Positions 55,901 to 64,000 of a stretch of DNA of 64,000 nt are shown here, in pieces. The stretch is from assembly GCF_009914755.1 (NCBI RefSeq), contig NC_060926.1; one strand, given 5' to 3'. The stretch is from the human T2T-CHM13v2.0 reference genome, Homo sapiens. A model generated the notes under the pieces. The model did not search any database. It had not been told where the DNA came from and worked only from the letters and a program-made list of their open reading frames with translations. The stretch's first letter is position 1. Every line of letters begins with the position of its first letter. The position numbers were made by a program, and so were the translations under genes.

Positions 55901-57759
55901 GGGATTTGTAATTCCTCGCTGCTGGTTTTCTCTTTTAAACCATCACGTTTTCTTGCTGAGAGGAAATCATCTGTGATGAAAGTCTTTGTAGATGCTTGGA
56001 AACATTGCTGGGCCTCTCTCTGCCCTCTTCCTCTGCCGTTGGACTTTTGCAATAAAAACTACCATTTGATTTTACCAAAAAACGTAATGTACATCCCTCT
56101 TACCCCCACCCTGCCGCGGTCTGATTCTTAGAGTCTGTCAGAGAGGAGATACCCTGAGCCTATCATGTGACAATGATACCTTATTGATATGATAATGATA
56201 TGGGTATTGGAGACACCAACTCTTTTATAAGTCTTTGAAATCCAGGGGGTTGTGAGGCCTCACCCCTCACCCCGCCTGAGCTTGGAGCTTGGCGTGGAGG
56301 AGTGCTGCTTCGGTCTACGTGTGTACACGGCACTCCATGTGCCTGTGGTTGTGCTTGCGTCAGCCTGGGAGTGCGCAGGCATCAGTGGTGCTTGGGAGCG
56401 AGGCCCCTCAGTCTGCACTGGGATCATCTGCACTGCCTATAAACAAGGCAGCCTCTCTTAGCTCCAGTTTCCTCATCTGCAAAGTAGGAAAGTAGGAATA
56501 ATAACAGGAGATAACTCATCCAGCAGCACGAAGTGCATATAAATGTCCCGGCACGGAGTCTGACACATCCTAAGTGCTGGATCCGTGCTGGGCATGTTTA
56601 TATAATTGCACATGAGACTGTGGTTCCCGGAGCACGTAACTTGAGCATATGTTTATGTGTGTGTATACGGCAGGTCCTGGGTTAAAGGGACAGGAGCCAC
56701 TGTCATTATTCCAATTCAGTCACTGAGGAGGTGAGGCTGAGAGGCATTCTCATGTCTGAAGAGGATGGGCTTGCCTGACCCCCGCCCCCGTGCCCAGCCC
56801 AGCCCAGCAGCCCAAGCAGTTCTCCAGGACTCAGGTTTCAGACCTTCAACACTTGCCTTGGGAGACAAACAGCGGTGCAGCCCTTGCTTGCAAGCCATTC
56901 CACATTAGACTTCGGATTGATTTATGGCAGGATCCCTGCTGTGCGAGAACTGCAGGGGGGGTGGGGGGCGGCTATTTCTTGCTGCTAACTCAGGCAGGAT
57001 GTGTCTATATCCTGTCTCAGTTTATGTAGCTGCTCATCAGAGCCAGAGGTTAGAGCGGAGAGGACCCACTTCCGCCAGGCCGGCCTGCTCTGCTCAGCTC
57101 AGCTGGGCTAGGCCCCAATGCCACAGTTACTGCGCGTGAGTCATGCACAGCAATCCATTGCCTTGCCCTTGGATGGAAGGGGTCAAGGCTCAGTGAGAAG
57201 ACGGCCAGGTTTGGCAGCTTTATATAGAATTCACCGCCTCTGGCAGAAGCAGAGGATTGCATTAAGTGCCAAATGAAATTCCACCTCAGCCATTGCTCAA
57301 TTCCTCCAGATGTCACTGGCACTGGGAGTCACATGATGCTGGTGGTCAGCAGCTGGACCCTTCCAAGGGTGCCCGTGGTTGGGCAAGTATTTCTGGGGAC
57401 TTGCAGAGCTCCCTGGGGAGCAAAGGGTTGTGAAGTACAAGGCATTCTGCGCTTGTGGTGGGAACAAGTGAACCCATCTGCAGTGAGTAGGAAGAGGTCC
57501 CCTCAACAGAGGTGAGAGGTTGGGCCAAGTCAAGTCAGTTTGCCTCTTCAGGTGGCAGACCTGTATGTACATCTATGCCTCAAGTGCCTGTCTGAGGCCA
57601 CAGCCAAAACATCTTCCAGTAACTGAGCATACCCAGTGGGCCAACAAGCACGCTCTAAATACAAAACCAAACAAACAGTAAAGTTAACAGTGAATGAAGA
57701 GTTAAAAATAGGAGAAAGACACCTTCTCCCTACCTCAATGGCAATTACTTTATTTATTG

Positions 57760-58360
57760 AGGATAATCCTTCTAGAAGTAAATTTGCTGATACAAATATT
57801 TCTTATTTTACATAATAAAAATGCATTTTATATATTTTACTTCATCTTGTTTTTTTTCCATCAGAATATCTCTTAAAGGTTATACCTTGTTATTTTCTTT
57901 AATCAGTTCCTCTGCTGATGGGCATTTAGGCTGTATGCAGACTTCATTTAATTTTTTTAAACCACACACAGCAGTCCTGTGACAATGAGTAAGGAGGATT
58001 TTACATGCATGTGTCTGTAAACTGTTAGGATAAATTCTCCCACCTCAGCATTTGATTTCTGGGACAAAGTGTGTATTCATTTAAAATGTTAGTAGATCTT
58101 AAGAAACTACCCTCCTAAAGGTCACACCGGTTTCTCATGCTCACAAATAGCCTATGAAAGTCACTATTTCCCTGCGTCCTCACTCACACTGCATTTTTTA
58201 TCTTGGCCAAACTGAGAGGTAAAACAACAAAACAAACGCTGTCACTTTGGAATGAGCCTCTGTAATTAAGTGAGACTGAGCATGTTTTCTTACTTCCATA
58301 AGAGGTTGTATTACTTTTCGGGGAAGTGTCGGTTGATGCTTTTGTCCATTTCCTGTCAGC
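57760..58360 (-). mobile_element. Old L1ME fragment, antisense in GYPC intron 1
   Basis: tgatgggcatttaggctgt...taggataaattct...tttccctgcgtcctcac are reverse-complement L1M 3' motifs. Confidence 0.6.
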
Positions 58361-58823
58361 ACCCCACCCCCGTGAGGAAACGTGCCCCAGAAGTGAAAGG
58401 ACATGTCCTCATCACATGACGAGTGAGGGGCAGAGCAGAGGCCAGAGCAACATCCGTGCTGTGGAGTCAGCCCTGGGTTTGACTGCCCTCCAATGTTCAC
58501 CAGCTTTGGGAGAGAGAGGAAATACCTCAGCACCTCAGTTTTCCCATCTGTGAGTGGGAATGATAACAGCCACTTCCCCAGAGTCACCCGAAGAGCAACA
58601 GCAGAAGGGCCTGGACCTGCTCCCAGTGGCAGAGGCTTGGGAGGTGGCTTTTGTTAGCGAAATTTATTGGAGCAAACCTGGCCTGAGGATGCTGGTAATT
58701 TCAGGAGTCACCCTCCAGACAGCTGTTGTTTTTCGCTTTTGATAAAATAACAACAAACTTAGATGCCGAGCCCTGGTAAGGGGCTTTCCTGGGTCTCCCC
58801 TGCACACCTGCTATGATAGGCAT

Positions 58824-59046
58824 TTTCTTTTCTTTTTCTTTCTTTTCTTTTTTTTTTTTTTTTTGAGACAGAGTCTCGTGCTCTGTCACTCTGGCTGGAG
58901 TGCAGTGGTGTGATCTCAGGTCATTGCACCCTCCACCTCCTCCACCTCCTGCGTTGAAGAGATTCTCTGCCTCAACCTCCCAAGTAGCTAGGACTACCGG
59001 CATACGCCACCACACCCAGCTAATTTTTGTATTTTTTGTAGAGACT
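58824..59046 (-). mobile_element. Partial Alu (right arm and linker; most of the left arm missing)
   Basis: T-rich tail, gagacagagtctcg...ctaatttttgtattttttgtagagac, then abrupt loss of similarity. Confidence 0.88.
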
Positions 59047-60495
59047 TTCGGATGAAACACCAGAGGCTCGGGGGAGATAAGCCGCCATAGGGCACCCAGA
59101 CACTGAGGGCGCAGCCAGGCTGTAGTTACAAACTGCCAGACCCCACAGGCAACTGAGGCCAACCCAAGGAGAGAGTTGCAGGGTATGTGGGCCCACAGCT
59201 TGTATGTGCCAGGCAGGGCCTGCTGCTGTGGCTCTGCACACTGAGGAACTGCATGCACAGACACTCAGGACCCGCCTGCCTCCCCCAGCTCCTCAGCCGG
59301 GCCTGTGTCCCACCCCAGTCCACCGTTGTGTCCATGCTGTGCTTTCTGTGGTCAGGCCTGGCATGCTCTGGGCTGCTGCTGCCCTTGCCCGCCTTAGCAG
59401 CTGGCTCGGGGTGGCCCTCGAGCCCTCCCTCACGCACCGTCCCAGGCTTGCTGCCTTTCCAGCTGCACCTCTCACAACTGTTCACGACAGGCCCCTCAAC
59501 ACGCCGCGGGCCTGGCACACACTCACCTGCTGGTCTGCTAGGACCCAGTTTCCCAAGCCTAGAAAACGACCCACCACAGCCTTGGGCACAGTTTGCAGCC
59601 CTGACAGATTCCTGAGTCTGCCTTTTCCCAGAATTCTGACCTCTCCAGGGGCTCTGTGACCCCGCCTGTCCCCCACTCAGGGCCTGTCACAGACAGGGGT
59701 TTGCTGAGCCACTTTGAGGCAGGTGGATGATTGCAGGGATGACCCAAGGCCCACGCTCCCAGGACTGCCACCATTCCAATACCAAAAGAGCCTTTAAAAA
59801 GCCTTCACTCAGGAGCTCCTGGTCCAGAACTTGGCATGGACTTGGAGGCCAGTAAATACTAAGTTGAAATGGACAGGAGTCAACCCCAAACAAATTCTAA
59901 AGGCACAGTTGTTGGGCCCCAGGAATCCCACCTAGTCCTTCCCACCTTCTCACCCAGCTGGGGTTCATTTTCATATCCACTCCCTTCCCCTACCCCACCT
60001 CCCTCTCATCTTGGCCTGGGGTTTTCTTCAGATCCTTACATAATCGGAACTTCTGACAGAATGCTGGCTCCTCTCCTTAGACTATACATTTTCATTTTTC
60101 TACATTCTTCCAGAACAATGTTCCTATACAAAATCTTAACCCATGGCAGAAACTGGCAAGAGCCCATTTCCCATGTGCAGGCAGAGCCAGGCCGGCGACA
60201 CTGGGTTCCTTCTTAGGCAAGGCGAGGGTTGGGTGGACCCTGGCATGACTTCTCCAGCCCCTGGAGAGCCTCTGCAGTTCTGACCCCTTCACAAGTGAGC
60301 CCTGGGCTTGGTGAGGGGTGCCTGCCTCGCCTGGCATCCCCCAGCTGTAGATGGGGGCAGAGCAAGACTTGCTGCCAACCTGCCTGGCTCTGTGGTCCCT
60401 GCTCCCTCTCCCGTTCTGCTGGCGTCACCACCCCTCCTTCAGAACTCTCTATGGAATTGCATTCTAGTCTCTCCTGCTTCTGCTTATGCATGTGA

Positions 60496-60822
<327 letters not shown>

Positions 60823-61616
60823 TACCAGATGCCCCTTCTCTTATTGCCAAAACACTGTGGTCACACACTGCTTGGGGCCCAGCAGGCACAACAGTGACCT
60901 CTTTCCAGGGCTCAGGGGAGGAAGCTCCGCTTCGGGGCATGTAGAGCCAGCCCTGGGCAGGGTGGCCTTGGTTATCTCCCTGCACCCCTGGCACACCCTG
61001 ATGGCTCTGTTTATCTGCACTTTGCACATGATGGTCTTGACTGACACATCCTCGCAGAGAGCCACTGCCAGGGCGCCTCACACCCGCTGCTCCCACACGC
61101 AGTGGGCATTTTTACGAGGGGCTCAGGCACAGGGTCTCCAGCTGACCCAGCCCAGCACTGCCACTCTTCCTCCTTGAACTCTGGCATGGAGAATCTTCAC
61201 ATTTTGTCAGCAGCCGATGAGCACATGTATTCTCAGCACAGTCTTAAAAGGGGGGAAATTATGGGTTGCCAGATCAAAACCTGATAAAACAATGATGCCT
61301 CTGGTGTGGGGCCCAGCCAAGCCCTTCTCCTGTATTCACCGGGCAACAGGGGCCCATTGGATATGAAATCCACTTTCGCTTGAGAAACTCATCCAGTGCT
61401 CTTGCTGAAACCTACACACAGGCCTTAGCAATGCTTGAAGCTTCAAGTTCAGGTTCCCCTTCTGTATTTTTTCTTAAACCTTTAGCTCAAATAGACTTTG
61501 TGTCAATTTGCTAGTGATAAAGGGTTAGCTTTGAAATCTGAGGATGAGGTTTTGGGTCTGGATCCACTATGAGCTGGCTGTGACCTGGGACAAGTTGCTG
61601 GTCCATCGTCTGGCAC

Positions 61617-61771
61617 AGGGATGGCTTCACAGGGATGGGACCTGCCCAGCAGGGTCCCGCACTTCCTAGGTTTAATGCTCTGTCACTGCTATCTTCAAAT
61701 TCTTCTCTTTTGAATAAGAGGCCTCATGTTTTTATTTTGCACTGGGCTCTGCAAATTCTACGGCTAGTCCT
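61617..61771. mobile_element. MER91-like hAT MITE inserted in a MIR (~61520-61900)
   Basis: ggtttaatgctctg...aaattctt...ttttgcactgggctctgcaaatt...gtcctg, with MIR core pieces on both sides. Confidence 0.55.
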
Positions 61772-61928
61772 GAACCTGTCAATGGAGCTAATAACAGTCT
61801 CTACCTCAGGGCTTTGTTCGGAGGATTCAGTGCATTCTCACAGATAAACATCCTAGTGTAGTGCCTGGTATGTGCTCATAATTGTGCTTAATTGCTTCCG
61901 CTCACTGAGTGTGTGCGTGTGTGCTTAA

Positions 61929-62402
<474 letters not shown>

Positions 62403-63015
62403 TCCTTCATGTTTTTATCCAGGAGTCAGCACTGCGGTGGAGACAGCCCAGAAAACACACGCAGGCCCTGCTCTTGGCCACGCACGCCAGCTGTGTGATG
62501 GGGAGCAAGCCTCTTACCTTCCGGAGCTCCATTTCCTCACATCACCCTGGAGAGAGGTCATCTTTGCCCCCACCTCATCGGGGCACCAGCCCCTCAACCA
62601 CTCATACCTGGGCCATCTGGTTCTCCATGGAGAAGAGTAGGCTCTTTGAAAGCACCGTATGAGTGAAGGAATGAGTGAATGAGTCAGCAAACGGATGGAG
62701 GGATGGGAAGGTCCATCCATGTAGGCAAACAAGGTCTGCAAAGAGTGCCCTGGGCCCCAGCATTCACTGCACCCTCTCCCTGCCCTGGGCAAGGCCCTGA
62801 CCCTGGTGCACTCTAAGCTCCTCTCAGCTCAGCCCCTGACCTCTCCCCTGTCTGCCAGTGCCCCTCCCCTGAGTGTGAAGCGGGGGGCCTCCTTCCCTCG
62901 GCTCACCTGGCCCTCATGCGCTCTACCTTTCAATGTCTTCTTTAGGCAGTCATTTCTCCTTTTTCCTTCATGCTCCCCTTTGAATGGGCTTGGAGCTGGG
63001 TCTCTCTAAGGTTCT

Positions 63016-63016
<1 letters not shown>

Positions 63017-63046
<30 letters not shown>
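63017..63046. repeat. (TC)n microsatellite
   Basis: Perfect dinucleotide run of about 14 units. Confidence 0.92.
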
Positions 63047-63048
<2 letters not shown>

Positions 63049-64000
63049 AGAAAGCTCCTTCTCAGCCTTTTCCAGCTTTTCCAGGTCCCAAACTCCTGGG
63101 AGGGGAGCCAGGCCTTGCTTGATCATGCCCTGGATGGATTTGTCATATTAATCCCTTTCCTTCAACTTCAGCAAAACTTCTCATTTTAGCGAAATTAATT
63201 TCAGTTATGGTTGAAAATCCTGAGTATTCCCTTTTTAAAAAATTTTCATAGTCTTTTTTTTTTCTTTGTCACTGATTCTTTACACTATCCTGAGCCATCC
63301 TCCTCATCTGGTGACAGTAGCCCTGTCTCAGAGAGTAGAGATGAGGCTCCACTCCACAGACGCCATCTCATTTAGCCCTCTGGCAGCCCCAGGGAGGTAT
63401 TTTTATCTCCATTTTGCATGTGATGATACCGAAACTAGCAAGTGGATGTGACTTCCAGAGAACCTACCAGCCCCTCACACCTCCTTCTCTTCCCCCTCTA
63501 CATTGAAAGCTCAGCCAGGGCCTGACCCCAGACGCAGTGCTCAGAGACCACAGTGCTTCTAGAGGCCCACAACAGTATTAGAGCTTCTTTTAAAATCAGA
63601 AGGAAGGAAATGAACCTCTAAGATCAAATAGTACATTTGCCTTTATACCAGTGCAGCTATACAATATGATTTCTAATATTTGGGAGGAGAAGGGACCCAT
63701 AAGGTAAAGCACCTTGGCCCATGGAAGTCACCCTGTGACCTGAGCTCAGCCCATTGGAGGTTGAGGGGCTGAAGCCCACTGCCTCTGCTCTCCCTGCCTG
63801 AATCTGCCCCTTGCTCCCAGGGCTCTGATCCTCCTCTACGTTGGCAGTCCTGGTTCCTTAGCAGTTCTGTCTGTCACGGGAGGACTCCCTGGGCTGGGCA
63901 TCTGCAGGGGCAGCCTCTACCTCTCCCTGTGGGACTTCACTAACACAGCTGGAGTAGATGCTAGGGAGGCTCAGGTCATGCACTACTTGCTGTCTTTCTC

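Noticed and set aside
54932-56131. Long overlapping ORFs of 251, 227, 122 and 123 aa
   Set aside because: Arg/Gly/Pro/Ala-rich frames are expected in stop-poor CpG-island DNA, and no domain is recognisable.
58701-59676. Cluster of 130-187 aa ORFs on both strands in intron 1, including the 142-aa ORF at 59187-59615
   Set aside because: GC-rich and partly Alu-derived, open in several frames at once, with no recognisable homology or splice structure.

Overview
Primate DNA, very probably human. The window holds about 55 kb of repeat-dense upstream sequence, then the CpG-island promoter, coding exon 1 and the first ~8.6 kb of intron 1 of GYPC (glycophorin C/D, Gerbich blood group; + strand). The gene is recognised from the peptide MWSTRSPNSTAWPLSL followed by a GT-GAGT donor at 55380. 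No other protein-coding gene is supportable. The other ORFs are decayed L1 ORF2 or HERV-L gag/pol fragments, Alu-derived frames, or chance ORFs in GC-rich DNA. The main mobile elements are: a structurally complete two-LTR HERV-L provirus (MLT2A-type LTRs, minus strand, 44967-51493) head-to-head with the GYPC promoter; two large 5'-truncated L1PA copies tail-to-tail; old fragmented L1M copies with nested insertions; about nine Alu/FLAM copies; several solo LTRs; and DNA-transposon MITEs. I found no convincing new biological system. The best leads are a probable L1 3' transduction, a locally templated insertion inside an L1MC, the HERV-L LTR/DUX4-like motif arrangement next to GYPC, TSS-dependent overlapping uORFs over the GPC start codon, and an NF-E2/MARE motif in an L2-like tail in intron 1. 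Repeat subfamily names come from recalled consensus sequences and need RepeatMasker/Dfam confirmation. Boundaries without a stated TSD are approximate.
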